Source: a virus (Duplodnaviria > Caudoviricetes). From it: DNA of 64,000 bases. Location: IMG/VR virus record IMGVR_UViG_3300021124_000001. One strand, given 5' to 3'. Positions 20,493 through 28,683 of this stretch are shown piece after piece. The position numbers and the translations under genes are program-made. The notes under the pieces were generated by a model that had not been told where the DNA came from, did no database searches, and saw nothing but the letters and a program-made list of their open reading frames with translations. Position 1 is the first letter of the stretch. The number at the start of each line of letters is the position of its first letter.

Positions 20493-20872
20493 TGCCTAAA
20501 CTTGAAGACAATACTGATGATTTGGTAGTATCTTCACAAACCGCCACAACTGGCGGCCGCAAATTTGATGGTGGTAAGCTGGAGTATGGCTTACTGCCTC
20601 CTTTTGCTTTAGAAGAAACTGTCAAAGTATTAACCTTTGGTGCTCAAAAATATGAGCGTGATAATTGGCAAAAAGTACCAGATTCTAAGCGCCGTTATTT
20701 TGATGCAATGCAAAGACATCTTTGGGCATGGAAACAAGGCGAACAGGATGACCCCGAGTCTGGTATAAATCACTTGGCACACGCCATGTGTTGCTTGATG
20801 TTTCTTTACGAACATGATACAATCTATTCTAAAGAAACTTTACATAATGGAGAAACTAATGAAACTATCTAA
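20492..20872 (+). CDS. dATP/dGTP diphosphohydrolase domain protein (DUF5664-like)
   Basis: GRKFDGGK..Y.LLP, GA.KY...NW, A..RHL..W..GE..DPESG..HLAHA. Confidence 0.8.
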   Translation: MPKLEDNTDDLVVSSQTATTGGRKFDGGKLEYGLLPPFALEETVKVLTFGAQKYERDNWQKVPDSKRRYFDAMQRHLWAWKQGEQDDPESGINHLAHAMCCLMFLYEHDTIYSKETLHNGETNETI

Positions 20873-21527
20873 CGAAACACTATCAGTCCTTAAGAATTTT
20901 GCAGGCATCAATCAGAGCCTAGAATTCAAAAAAGGTAACAAACTAACAACCATTTCCTCAGGTAAGTCCGTTCTTGCACAGGCTACTCTGAAAGAAGAAA
21001 TCCCACAAAACTTCTGTGTATATGACTTGAACCAGTTCTTATCTGTACACTCTATGTTCAAAGGTGATGTTGAATTGGATTTCGATGCATCCAACATCGT
21101 ATTCAAGGGTGGTCGTAGTAAACTGAAGTATCGTATGGCTTCTAAAGACATGATTGTCACTCCACCAGAAAAAGAAATTAAACTTGGTGACGTTGATTGT
21201 AGTTTCACAATGTCTGATTTAGACTATGCTGAAATCACAAAGGCTACATCCGTATTGTCTTCTCCTAACATGACTGTCAAGTCTGATGGTGAGACTATCG
21301 AGTTGGTTGCTTCTGATGCTAAGGATGATTCACAACACACAAACTCTATTGTTGTTGGTGAGGGCAATGGTAAATCGTATAACATCGTTTTCAAGACTGA
21401 CAACATCAAGATGGTTCAAGGTTCTTATGACGTTCAAATCTCTTTCAAAGGTTTTGCACACTTTAAAAACACTAAAGAAGACATTCAATATTGGGTGGCC
21501 TTTGAAGCTAAAGAAAGTACATTCTAA
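20859..21527 (+). CDS. gp45: Sliding clamp
   Basis: MKLS.ETL.VLKNF..IN, F..YDL..FL, Y.V.IS, Y.VA.E. Confidence 0.92.
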   Translation: MKLSNETLSVLKNFAGINQSLEFKKGNKLTTISSGKSVLAQATLKEEIPQNFCVYDLNQFLSVHSMFKGDVELDFDASNIVFKGGRSKLKYRMASKDMIVTPPEKEIKLGDVDCSFTMSDLDYAEITKATSVLSSPNMTVKSDGETIELVASDAKDDSQHTNSIVVGEGNGKSYNIVFKTDNIKMVQGSYDVQISFKGFAHFKNTKEDIQYWVAFEAKESTF

Positions 21528-21802
21528 TGACTCAAGTAACTACACTGTACGGAACTTTTGATGAGAAACAACTAAAATCTCTCAAGGGTTATATTGAAGA
21601 AATTGGTGTTTGCCTTGCTCGTAACAAGGCAACAACAGAATCGATGGCTGACATCGTTAATCTGGCATATGATGAATTGAATATTCCTAAAAAGATTATC
21701 AAACGCATGGCTAAAGTTCAATACAAACAGTCACTACAAACTGAAGTGGCTGAGTTTAAAGAATTTGAAGCATTGTTTGAAAGCATTCAGGAAGTAAAAT
21801 GA
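21527..21802 (+). CDS. dsDNA-binding protein, T4 DsbA-like
   Basis: Size and pattern (L...I.E ... DEL.I.KK...R.AK..YK ... E.L.E) resemble T4 DsbA. Confidence 0.6.
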   Translation: MTQVTTLYGTFDEKQLKSLKGYIEEIGVCLARNKATTESMADIVNLAYDELNIPKKIIKRMAKVQYKQSLQTEVAEFKEFEALFESIQEVK

Positions 21803-22146
21803 ATCCGCTCGGCCGTAGAAATTTTGCCAAAAGTCTAGGGCTTGCCGGTCTACTCGCAGTTGGTGTCGAAGGTTACAAACAAGCCAAAGAAAGGATTGTT
21901 TATAAACAAGATGAATTACCAACTGCGGAGTTAGAAAAACAACTTGAAACTAAACCTGTGTTGCAACTCCAAGCAATATATGGAGAAGAATTACCACCGC
22001 AACAAAGTAGTTATGGAAACTATTACTTTGTTGGTATAGGTCCAAATTACAAACCTGGAACAGAAAAACGTGTTACTGTGAATATGGCTCCAGGTCCTGA
22101 TGGCAAACTTTACGTCAAAGAGAATGACATTTGGCGTAAAATCTGA
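21799..22146 (+). CDS. Hypothetical protein with Tat-like signal
   Basis: GRRNFAK followed by hydrophobic LGLAGLLAVGV. Confidence 0.55.
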   Translation: MNPLGRRNFAKSLGLAGLLAVGVEGYKQAKERIVYKQDELPTAELEKQLETKPVLQLQAIYGEELPPQQSSYGNYYFVGIGPNYKPGTEKRVTVNMAPGPDGKLYVKENDIWRKI

Positions 22147-22178
22147 TACAATGTATTTTTATATTATGGAGTTTTTGA

Positions 22179-23117
22179 ATGTCAGATCACATGTTGTGGG
22201 TGGAGAAGTATCGTCCTAAGAAAATTGAGGACTGTATTCTCCCCGATTCTTTGAAGGCAACCTTCCAAGAATTTGTTAATAGAAAAGAGATTCCCAATCT
22301 CTTATTGGCTGGCACTGCCGGTGTTGGTAAAACAACAGTTGCAAAGGCTCTCTGTGAAGAAGTCGGTTGTGACTATATCGTTATTAACGGCTCGGATGAA
22401 GGCCGTCAGATTGAAACTTTTCGAGTTAAGATTAAGAACTATGCATCGTCTGTGTCCTTGATGGGTGGGCGTAAAGTTATTATCATTGATGAAGCAGACT
22501 ACATGAATGCTGAATCGGTGCAACCAGCATTGCGTGGAGCAATCGAGGAGTTCTCTAATAACTGTTCGTTCATCTTTACTTGTAACTTCAAGAATCGAAT
22601 CATTGAACCAATTCACTCTCGTTGTACCGTCATCGACTTTAAATTGAATGGTTCTAAAGCCAAAATGGCTTCGGCGTTCTTCAAGCGTGTTGAGACTATT
22701 TTGTTAAAAGAAGAAGTGACTTATGATAAACAAGTTGTTGCAGAAATTATTACTAAACATTTCCCTGATAATCGCCGTATTCTTAACGAGCTTCAGCGGT
22801 ATAGTGTTGGCGGCACAATTGACAAAGGTCTTCTTGCATCAGTTTCCGATGTGCAGTTAACAGACCTCATCAAGTCGTTAAAGACAAAAGACTTTGCTGG
22901 TGCACGTAAGTGGACTACAAATAACCTGGACAACGATCCTGCTCGTTTGTATCGTAAGATTTATGATAGTCTGTATGAACATCTGAAGTCTAATTCTGTT
23001 CCACAACTAGTTCTACACTTGGCTAAGTATCAGTATCAGTCCGCTTTTGTTCCAGATCATGAAATCAATATGATTGCTTGTCTGACTGAAATCATGGTTG
23101 ATTGTGAGTTCAAGTAA
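22179..23117 (+). CDS. gp44: Clamp loader large subunit
   Basis: LWVEKYRP, GTAGVGKTT, IIDEAD, SRC, FPD.RR. Confidence 0.96.
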   Translation: MSDHMLWVEKYRPKKIEDCILPDSLKATFQEFVNRKEIPNLLLAGTAGVGKTTVAKALCEEVGCDYIVINGSDEGRQIETFRVKIKNYASSVSLMGGRKVIIIDEADYMNAESVQPALRGAIEEFSNNCSFIFTCNFKNRIIEPIHSRCTVIDFKLNGSKAKMASAFFKRVETILLKEEVTYDKQVVAEIITKHFPDNRRILNELQRYSVGGTIDKGLLASVSDVQLTDLIKSLKTKDFAGARKWTTNNLDNDPARLYRKIYDSLYEHLKSNSVPQLVLHLAKYQYQSAFVPDHEINMIACLTEIMVDCEFK

Positions 23118-23527
23118 TGCCTGATCTTTTCAAGGAAGTTATTCCGTCTATTCTTCAAACAAAGAAGAATGTCTTCATGGATGAACGTGACTATAAAGAC
23201 TACAAAGCATTTATGGTCAACCGTGCTTTGTCTTTCCACATGGACTGCGTTCTATATGCCAACGAGATGAATTTGCATCCTGGTCTTGATTCTGACATGC
23301 AATATCAGTATCTTCTAAATACTATCAGACCAATGAAACGTAAGTTTCAGCCTTGGCAACGCCAGGAGGTCTTAAAGGATTTAGAATGTGTTAAGCAGTT
23401 TTTTGGTTATTCTGATGAAAAGGCCAAAGAGGCTTTACGTATTCTTACTGATGATAATCTAGCTGAAATAAGAGCAAGAACAAATATAGGCGGAGTAAAT
23501 AATGATAGGAATACAAGACCTAGTTGA
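23117..23527 (+). CDS. gp62: Clamp loader small subunit
   Basis: F.VNR.LS, ANEMN, ..GYS.EKA..AL..L. Confidence 0.9.
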   Translation: MPDLFKEVIPSILQTKKNVFMDERDYKDYKAFMVNRALSFHMDCVLYANEMNLHPGLDSDMQYQYLLNTIRPMKRKFQPWQRQEVLKDLECVKQFFGYSDEKAKEALRILTDDNLAEIRARTNIGGVNNDRNTRPS

Positions 23528-23906
23528 GGTTACCCTAACGGAAGCAGATGATTTTTTAAAAGTGCGTGAAACTTTAACTAGGATTGGCGTAGCATCTAAA
23601 AAAGATAAAACACTTTTTCAATCGTGCCATATTCTACACAAGCAAGGTAAATATTACATTGTACACTTTAAAGAGTTGTTTGCACTGGATGGTAAGCCAA
23701 CAGATTTAACTGAAAATGATTTATCTCGTAGAAATGCAATTGCTAAATTGTTACAAGATTGGGGCCTAATCAAGGTTGTGGTTGCTTCACAGATTGAAAC
23801 ACCTATACCGATCTTTATTTCTCAAGTTAAAATCATATCACACAAAGAGAAAAACGAGTGGCAATTAGTGCCGAAATACAATATCGGAGCTAAGAAAAAG
23901 ATATAA
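23502..23906 (+). CDS. regA: Translational repressor RegA
   Basis: DDFLKVRETLTRIGVAS, QSCHILHKQG.YYIVHFKELF.LDG, W.L..KY.IG. Confidence 0.96.
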   Translation: MIGIQDLVEVTLTEADDFLKVRETLTRIGVASKKDKTLFQSCHILHKQGKYYIVHFKELFALDGKPTDLTENDLSRRNAIAKLLQDWGLIKVVVASQIETPIPIFISQVKIISHKEKNEWQLVPKYNIGAKKKI

Positions 23907-24066
23907 ATATAAGACAGGCCCACCTTAGGGCTGTTTGACGTTCACGGTAAAAGGCGTCCGGGCAATTGCACTGTCACCCGTTAGTTGACCCTGTATTAAG
24001 TAAGCAGGACTACGATACGCCTTCGGGGTATCAATTTTATTAACTCGCTTAATTAAGGAGCAAACT
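23902..24066 (+). promoter_or_regulatory. Late promoter plus multi-hairpin 5' leader ending in a ROSE-like RNA thermometer
   Basis: TATAAATA 23902-23909; five hairpins; CTC-G-CTT/AAG-GAG (24044-24060) sequesters the SD with a bulged G. Confidence 0.65.
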
Positions 24067-24507
24067 ATGACATACATGAAAGATGTATTCGGCCGTGATC
24101 TTTTCAGTCAATTTATTGGCTATGAGGACACAATCAACACCTTGCGTAAAGCAACGGAACAAGCCACAAAAGCAATTGGCTACCCTCCATACAATATCAA
24201 ACAAATCAAAGATAACAAATACGTTATCGAAATGGCTGTTGCTGGATTTTCTAAGTCCGATATTGAACTTACAATGGAAGGTAACAAGTTGACCATCAAA
24301 GGTTCAACCAAGGATAACGAGAATGAAACATTCTTGTACCAAGGTATTGCGAACCGTGCATTTGAACGTACATTCACACTCAACGACAAAGTTGAAATCA
24401 AGGACGCTCAGATGGTTAATGGTATGCTAAAAGTCTGGCTTGAAAACATCATCAAGACTCAAGATGCTATCAAGAAAATTGCCATCAAAGGTGACTCTGA
24501 TGAATAA
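24067..24507 (+). CDS. Small heat shock protein (Hsp20/IbpA family)
   Basis: YPPYNI, IEMAVAGF, YQGIANRAF.RTF, A...NGML. Confidence 0.93.
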   Translation: MTYMKDVFGRDLFSQFIGYEDTINTLRKATEQATKAIGYPPYNIKQIKDNKYVIEMAVAGFSKSDIELTMEGNKLTIKGSTKDNENETFLYQGIANRAFERTFTLNDKVEIKDAQMVNGMLKVWLENIIKTQDAIKKIAIKGDSDE

Positions 24508-24577
24508 TTGGTGGCCTGTCTCCGATGAGGAGTGGGAACGCCTCAACTATCCTGAAAAGTTTCAGGACAAGAAGTAA
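24500..24577 (+). CDS. Putative 25-aa small protein MNNWWPVSDEEWERLNYPEKFQDKK
   Basis: Overlaps hsp20 stop, AAGGTG RBS, ends just before terminator. Confidence 0.4.
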   Translation: MNNWWPVSDEEWERLNYPEKFQDKK

Positions 24578-24580
24578 ACA

Positions 24581-24619
24581 AAAAGGGGCCTTGACAGGTC
24601 CCTTTTTTTATGTTATGAT
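24581..24619 (+). terminator. Terminator hairpin overlapping a sigma70 promoter
   Basis: AAAAGGGGCC-TTGACA-GGTCCCTTTTTTT; the loop TTGACA lies 17 nt from TG-n-TATGAT. Confidence 0.75.
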
Positions 24620-24626
24620 TCGTTCT

Positions 24627-24830
24627 ATGAAAACTACTATCAACAAACCAATCAAATTACGGAACCGTGTTAACCCCACGGAGTTCTATTGGACTTATTC
24701 GTCTTGGGAATCTAATTTTGTGGATGGTGTGGAGTTTCTGCCTGTTACAAAGTTTGATCCATCGGATAACCGTACAAAGCAATTATATTATGTTCGTAAA
24801 GACTCTTTGGAGAAAGTGAAAAATGTCTAA
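24627..24830 (+). CDS. Hypothetical protein (probably leaderless)
   Basis: ATG 8 nt after the -10 hexamer; MKTTINKPIKLRNRVNPTE... Confidence 0.55.
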   Translation: MKTTINKPIKLRNRVNPTEFYWTYSSWESNFVDGVEFLPVTKFDPSDNRTKQLYYVRKDSLEKVKNV

Positions 24831-25110
24831 GAAATTGTACCTTGTGGAAACCATTTCGATGTTTCGTATGCGTTATGTTATTGAATGTGATGAAGAAGGT
24901 CATGCATTGGATGAAGTAACTGTGCACGCCACTGGTGGAGAATCTCTCAAAGAGTTTTCTCAACAACACCTGGATGAAGTTATTAGTTCAAGTCGTGAAA
25001 TTTCAAGAATTGATTATCTTGATTTGTTCGATAAAGACAATGATTATCTGAGTAAATGGTCTGAAGAACAAAAAATGGATTACATCAATAAAATCGATTA
25101 CAAAGACTAA
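24823..25110 (+). CDS. Hypothetical protein
   Basis: 95-aa ORF with GGAG RBS, overlapping upstream stop. Confidence 0.65.
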   Translation: MSKKLYLVETISMFRMRYVIECDEEGHALDEVTVHATGGESLKEFSQQHLDEVISSSREISRIDYLDLFDKDNDYLSKWSEEQKMDYINKIDYKD

Positions 25111-25134
25111 ATAAAATATATTTAGGAGATTATA

Positions 25135-25431
25135 ATGGCCCTTACAGTAACAACTCAAATAACAAAACCCGAATCTGCAATTTTTTGGAGATATTCGGAT
25201 ACTGATGCCTATACAAGATATGTAAATATAATTTCAAATTATCCAGGCGTAATTAGTTTTACTGAAAGTGAGCCAACGAATACCTCAATTACTTCTGTTA
25301 CAGTTTGTCAGGATGCAAATGTGTGGACTTCACTTTTGTCTGCATTAGCGGAAAATGACGATTGTAAAGCAAGAAAAACTTATAATACAACAAACGGAAT
25401 TGAAGATACTTCAACATTAACTACATCTTAA
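25135..25431 (+). CDS. Hypothetical protein (T-rich, late promoter)
   Basis: CTAAATA plus AGGAG RBS upstream. Confidence 0.55.
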   Translation: MALTVTTQITKPESAIFWRYSDTDAYTRYVNIISNYPGVISFTESEPTNTSITSVTVCQDANVWTSLLSALAENDDCKARKTYNTTNGIEDTSTLTTS

Positions 25432-25436
25432 TAATT

Positions 25437-25511
25437 CCGGCGTTCGTATAATGGAAAATACAGCGGTCTTCTAAGCCGTGAATATGGGTTCGATTCCTTT
25501 ACGCCGGACCA
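25437..25511 (+). tRNA. tRNA-Arg(TCT)
   Basis: CCGGCGT/ACGCCGG acceptor, loop CT-TCT-AA, TTCGATT, encoded CCA. Confidence 0.85.
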
Positions 25512-25516
25512 AACTT

Positions 25517-25591
25517 ACGACCGTAGCATAGGGGTAGTGCCGAGAACTCATAATTCTTACGGGGTTGGTTCGAATCCAACCGGTCGTACCA
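25517..25591 (+). tRNA. tRNA with CAT anticodon (Met or Ile2)
   Basis: ACGACCG/CGGTCGT, loop CT-CAT-AA, TTCGAAT, CCA. Confidence 0.85.
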
Positions 25592-25596
25592 ATAAT

Positions 25597-26031
25597 ATGA
25601 AACAAAAATTTATTGATTATTTCATGGACATAGCCGAAAGGACTGCAAAGTTAAGTACGGCTAAACGTCTTCAAGTTGGTTCTATCATTGTAAAAGATAA
25701 TAGAATCGTTTCCATTGGCTATAATGGCATGCCTCCTGGTTGGACTAATGACTGTGAAGACTTATTATTTTCTCCTGAAACAGGATATCACACCAAAACT
25801 AAGCCAGAAGTCATCCATGCTGAGGCCAATGCGATTGCTAAACTTGCTAAGTCTAGCGAGTCTGGAGATGGTTCCACAATGTTCCTGACACATGCTCCAT
25901 GCATGGACTGTGCTAAACAGATATTCACAGCAGGTATCAATAGGGTTTTTTACAAAAATGAATACCGAAGTGACCAAGGTGTTGTTTTTTTACAACAGTG
26001 TGGAGTGGAAATAGACAAATACTCTAAATAG
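25597..26031 (+). CDS. dCMP deaminase
   Basis: SIGYNG.P.G, HAE.NAI, PCMDC. Confidence 0.92.
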   Translation: MKQKFIDYFMDIAERTAKLSTAKRLQVGSIIVKDNRIVSIGYNGMPPGWTNDCEDLLFSPETGYHTKTKPEVIHAEANAIAKLAKSSESGDGSTMFLTHAPCMDCAKQIFTAGINRVFYKNEYRSDQGVVFLQQCGVEIDKYSK

Positions 26032-26061
26032 GTGTATAATGGCCCCTTTGAAGGAGCACCT

Positions 26062-26571
26062 ATGTCTATTAAGATTGTTGGAAGTCCAGATGCCCGATTT
26101 ACACCTTATGTACACCGAGCAACCAAATTCTTTGCAGATAGTTTATTAACTAAGCAAATGCAAGATAACACCAAGATTGTTGTTAAGTTTAATAACAAGA
26201 TTGCCGATCAAGGATACGCCTCAGTTGAAGGATATAACTCCAAGAATATGCCTAGAGAATTTCTTATTGAGGTTCATCCAGGAATTGGAGCCGCAGAGAT
26301 ATTAAGAACCATTGCACATGAAATGGTGCATGTAAAACAGTTTGCTTATGGTCACACCAACGACACCCTAAGTAAATGGCATGATTTAAAAATCGATTCC
26401 GATAATATGGATTATTGGGATCAACCTTGGGAAATAGAAGCAAATGGTTTAGAATCTGGACTATTGACCAAATTCGCCACAGCAGAGAAGTTGTGGGAAG
26501 TGTTTTCGGAATTTAGGAATCCTAATCTTCCGATGAAGAAACGAAAAATAAAATGGAAAGTTAAAGAATAA
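26062..26571 (+). CDS. Zinc metallopeptidase-like protein
   Basis: AHEMVHVKQ ... QPWEIEA. Confidence 0.7.
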   Translation: MSIKIVGSPDARFTPYVHRATKFFADSLLTKQMQDNTKIVVKFNNKIADQGYASVEGYNSKNMPREFLIEVHPGIGAAEILRTIAHEMVHVKQFAYGHTNDTLSKWHDLKIDSDNMDYWDQPWEIEANGLESGLLTKFATAEKLWEVFSEFRNPNLPMKKRKIKWKVKE

Positions 26572-27122
26572 TGTCTCATCCTGCACAGATTGATTTTGTC
26601 AAAAGAGTTAAACAAGAAAACCCTGATTTTTTTAGTAATAAAAAGGTTATTGAGATTGGTAGTCTAGACATCAATGGAACAATTAGAGATTTTTTCACTG
26701 AGTGTGAATATGTTGGTGTCGATGTTGGTGAGGGACCACATGTTGATGTAGTTTGTCCTGGCCAAGAAGTGGATCATCCAGATAATACATATGATGTGTC
26801 TTGTTCATGTAATTGTTTTGAACATAATCCATATTGGGTTGAAACATTCAGAAACATGCATCGTATGACAAGAGAAGGTGGTTTAGTTTTTGTTTCTGTT
26901 CCAACAACTGGATGTCCAGAACACGGAACACACGGGCATAAACCAGATGATAGTCCATTGACCATTAAACGTGGTTGGAACTATTACAAGAATTTGACAG
27001 AGCAGGATTACCGTGATAACTTTAACCTAGATGAAATGTTTTCGTCTTACAAGTTTGAAGAAGTCCACATTCTAGGAAATCCTGAAGCACATGACATTTA
27101 TTTTTACGGATTTAAAAAATAA
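26571..27122 (+). CDS. Class I SAM-dependent methyltransferase
   Basis: VIEIGSLDING, YVGVD..G..VD, FEH.P.W. Confidence 0.8.
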   Translation: MSHPAQIDFVKRVKQENPDFFSNKKVIEIGSLDINGTIRDFFTECEYVGVDVGEGPHVDVVCPGQEVDHPDNTYDVSCSCNCFEHNPYWVETFRNMHRMTREGGLVFVSVPTTGCPEHGTHGHKPDDSPLTIKRGWNYYKNLTEQDYRDNFNLDEMFSSYKFEEVHILGNPEAHDIYFYGFKK

Positions 27123-27193
27123 TTTGTAAAAACTTGTTTTAAAAATAAAAGTTGTATATATAGAAGTATAGATTAATTTTTTCGGAGTTTATT

Positions 27194-27310
27194 TTGTTGT
27201 CTTTATCGAAATCCTCTTTGCTAACATGTGAATATCGCACACCGTTTATTGGTAGCGATAATCAGTCATGGGCGCATGGTTCAGAGGTTTTTGAAGGTAA
27301 GGACAAATAA
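27194..27310 (+). CDS. Putative attenuator leader peptide (38 aa, all 20 amino acids)
   Basis: GGAG RBS 27184-27187, TTG start; MLSLSKSSLLTCEYRTPFIGSDNQSWAHGSEVFEGKDK*. Confidence 0.6.
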   Translation: MLSLSKSSLLTCEYRTPFIGSDNQSWAHGSEVFEGKDK

Positions 27311-27369
27311 AAGTAAAAGTCCAAGTAAATTTTCAAAAACCTCAGCAACGAAAGTTCTGAGGTTTTTTT
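27284..27369 (+). terminator. Mutually exclusive antiterminator / intrinsic terminator
   Basis: GAGGTTTTTGAA (27284-27295) is the exact complement of TTCAAAAACCTC (27332-27343), which is also the 5' arm of the terminator 27335-27369. Confidence 0.75.
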
Positions 27370-27377
27370 GTTTTGGC

Positions 27378-27490
27378 GTTGTAATCTTACAACACTATGA
27401 AAAAGTTGTTGACATCCTGACCGAACCGTGTACAATAGCATCTTCGGTTGAGTAATCAATCAATTGTTCTTTAAAAAGTTAAGTGTATTT
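27378..27490 (+). promoter_or_regulatory. rrn-like promoter 1: palindrome, TTGACA-16-TACAAT, boxB-like hairpin, boxA
   Basis: GTTGTA-N4-TACAAC 27378-27393; -35 27409-27414; -10 27431-27436; TGTTCTTTAAAA 27465-27476. Confidence 0.75.
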
Positions 27491-27513
27491 TTTTGGCCAT
27501 TCCGCAAGGAGTG

Positions 27514-27604
27514 GCCATACTCAAACGCATTAGATCCCTTTTATACTGTGCTGGACGTACTAAGCTACAGGCGGTATAGATCCCTTTTAATGTGTTTGAG
27601 TATG
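27514..27604 (+). ncRNA. Long-stem RNA cassette 1
   Basis: CATACTCAAACGCATTA / TAATGTGTTTGAGTATG stem; AGATCCCTTTTA present twice inside. Confidence 0.55.
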
Positions 27605-27605
27605 T

Positions 27606-27680
27606 TGGGGAGAAATCGATTGGAGCAGATATTGCGCTTTGACCGCAAGTGATAGGGTTCGATTCCCTACTCCCCTGCCA
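27606..27680 (+). tRNA. tRNA-Gln(TTG)
   Basis: TTGCG-CTTTGAC-CGCAA arm, TTCGATT, GCCA. Confidence 0.8.
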
Positions 27681-27693
27681 AATAAATATATCT

Positions 27694-27879
27694 ATGATAG
27701 TAAATAACATAGTCAACAGATGGGACGTGGTGCAAAGCCAACGCCGACATATAGAGTATCGCACTCTAGAAGATCCTGTAACTCATAAAAAAGTTATAGA
27801 GGTCGAGGTACACCTTTACAATAAAAATGGTGTAGTACAGCCTGTTACTAAGGGAAACTCCGTAGATATAAAAGTATAG
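27694..27879 (+). CDS. Hypothetical protein
   Basis: 61-aa ORF between tRNAs, preceded by TAAATA. Confidence 0.45.
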   Translation: MIVNNIVNRWDVVQSQRRHIEYRTLEDPVTHKKVIEVEVHLYNKNGVVQPVTKGNSVDIKV

Positions 27880-27970
27880 GAAACGTGGCAGAGTCCGGTT
27901 TATTGCACCTGTCTTGAAAACAGACGGCTCTGAGAAGGGTCCGTGAGTTCGAATCTCACCGTTTCCACCA
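27879..27970 (+). tRNA. tRNA-Ser(TGA)
   Basis: GGAAACG/CGTTTCC, CT-TGA-AA, long variable arm, CCA. Confidence 0.9.
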
Positions 27971-27988
27971 ATTTTATAAGGAGGCATT

Positions 27989-28573
27989 ATGCCAGCAGTA
28001 TTTCTAGTAAGTGACACACACTTTGGTCATACTGGTGTGTGCCGATTCATGCAAAACGATGGTGTTACAAAACTTAGGCCATGGACTGATCCAAATGAAA
28101 TGGATGAAGAAATGGTTAAGCGTTGGAACGAAACAGTAAGACCTAACGACAAAGTTTACCATCTTGGTGACGTTGTTATTAACCGTAAAGCACTAAGCAT
28201 TATGAGTAGGCTGAACGGTGATAAAGTTCTTATTCGTGGTAACCATGACATCTTCCGTGATGATGAATACAGACAATACTTCCGTGAACTACGTGCATAC
28301 CATGTAATGAACGGAATGATTCTGTCGCATATTCCAATTCATGAAGCAAGTCTTGGTCGTTTCGGTGTTAACATTCATGGACACCTACATTCAAATCGTG
28401 TGATGAAGAATGATCCATTTGGTCATCGTGAACCAATGATTGACACCAGATACCATTGCGTATGTGTTGAACAGACCGATTTTCGGCCTATTCTTTTTGA
28501 AGATGTTATCAAACGAATCAAAGAAGAAGGTGGTGAGGTTGGTTTCCGTAACGGAAACGGACCCACAATGTAA
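27989..28573 (+). CDS. Calcineurin-like metallophosphoesterase
   Basis: SDTHFGH, LGD, GNHD, SH.P, HGHLH. Confidence 0.9.
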   Translation: MPAVFLVSDTHFGHTGVCRFMQNDGVTKLRPWTDPNEMDEEMVKRWNETVRPNDKVYHLGDVVINRKALSIMSRLNGDKVLIRGNHDIFRDDEYRQYFRELRAYHVMNGMILSHIPIHEASLGRFGVNIHGHLHSNRVMKNDPFGHREPMIDTRYHCVCVEQTDFRPILFEDVIKRIKEEGGEVGFRNGNGPTM

Positions 28574-28575
28574 TT

Positions 28576-28665
28576 GGAGAGTGGGCAGGATGGTAATGCA
28601 CCGGTTTGCTAAACCGCAGACTATAGAAATATGGTCACAGGGTTCGACTCCCTGACTCTCCACCA
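28576..28665 (+). tRNA. tRNA-Ser(GCT)
   Basis: GGAGAGT/ACTCTCC, TT-GCT-AA, long variable arm. Confidence 0.88.
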
Positions 28666-28683
28666 AGTTGTGTTGCAACTGAT

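Noticed and set aside
20492-20872. Z-base (2-aminoadenine) pathway
   Set aside because: No purZ or datZ in the window; the diphosphohydrolase alone is insufficient.
25437-25511. Amber suppressor tRNA (CTA) and stop-codon recoding
   Set aside because: In the 7-nt loop CTTCTAA the anticodon is TCT (Arg); core genes are intact under the standard code.
25981-25996. Third GTTGT-N-ACAAC palindrome
   Set aside because: Inside the dCMP deaminase CDS, imperfect, with no adjacent -35/-10.
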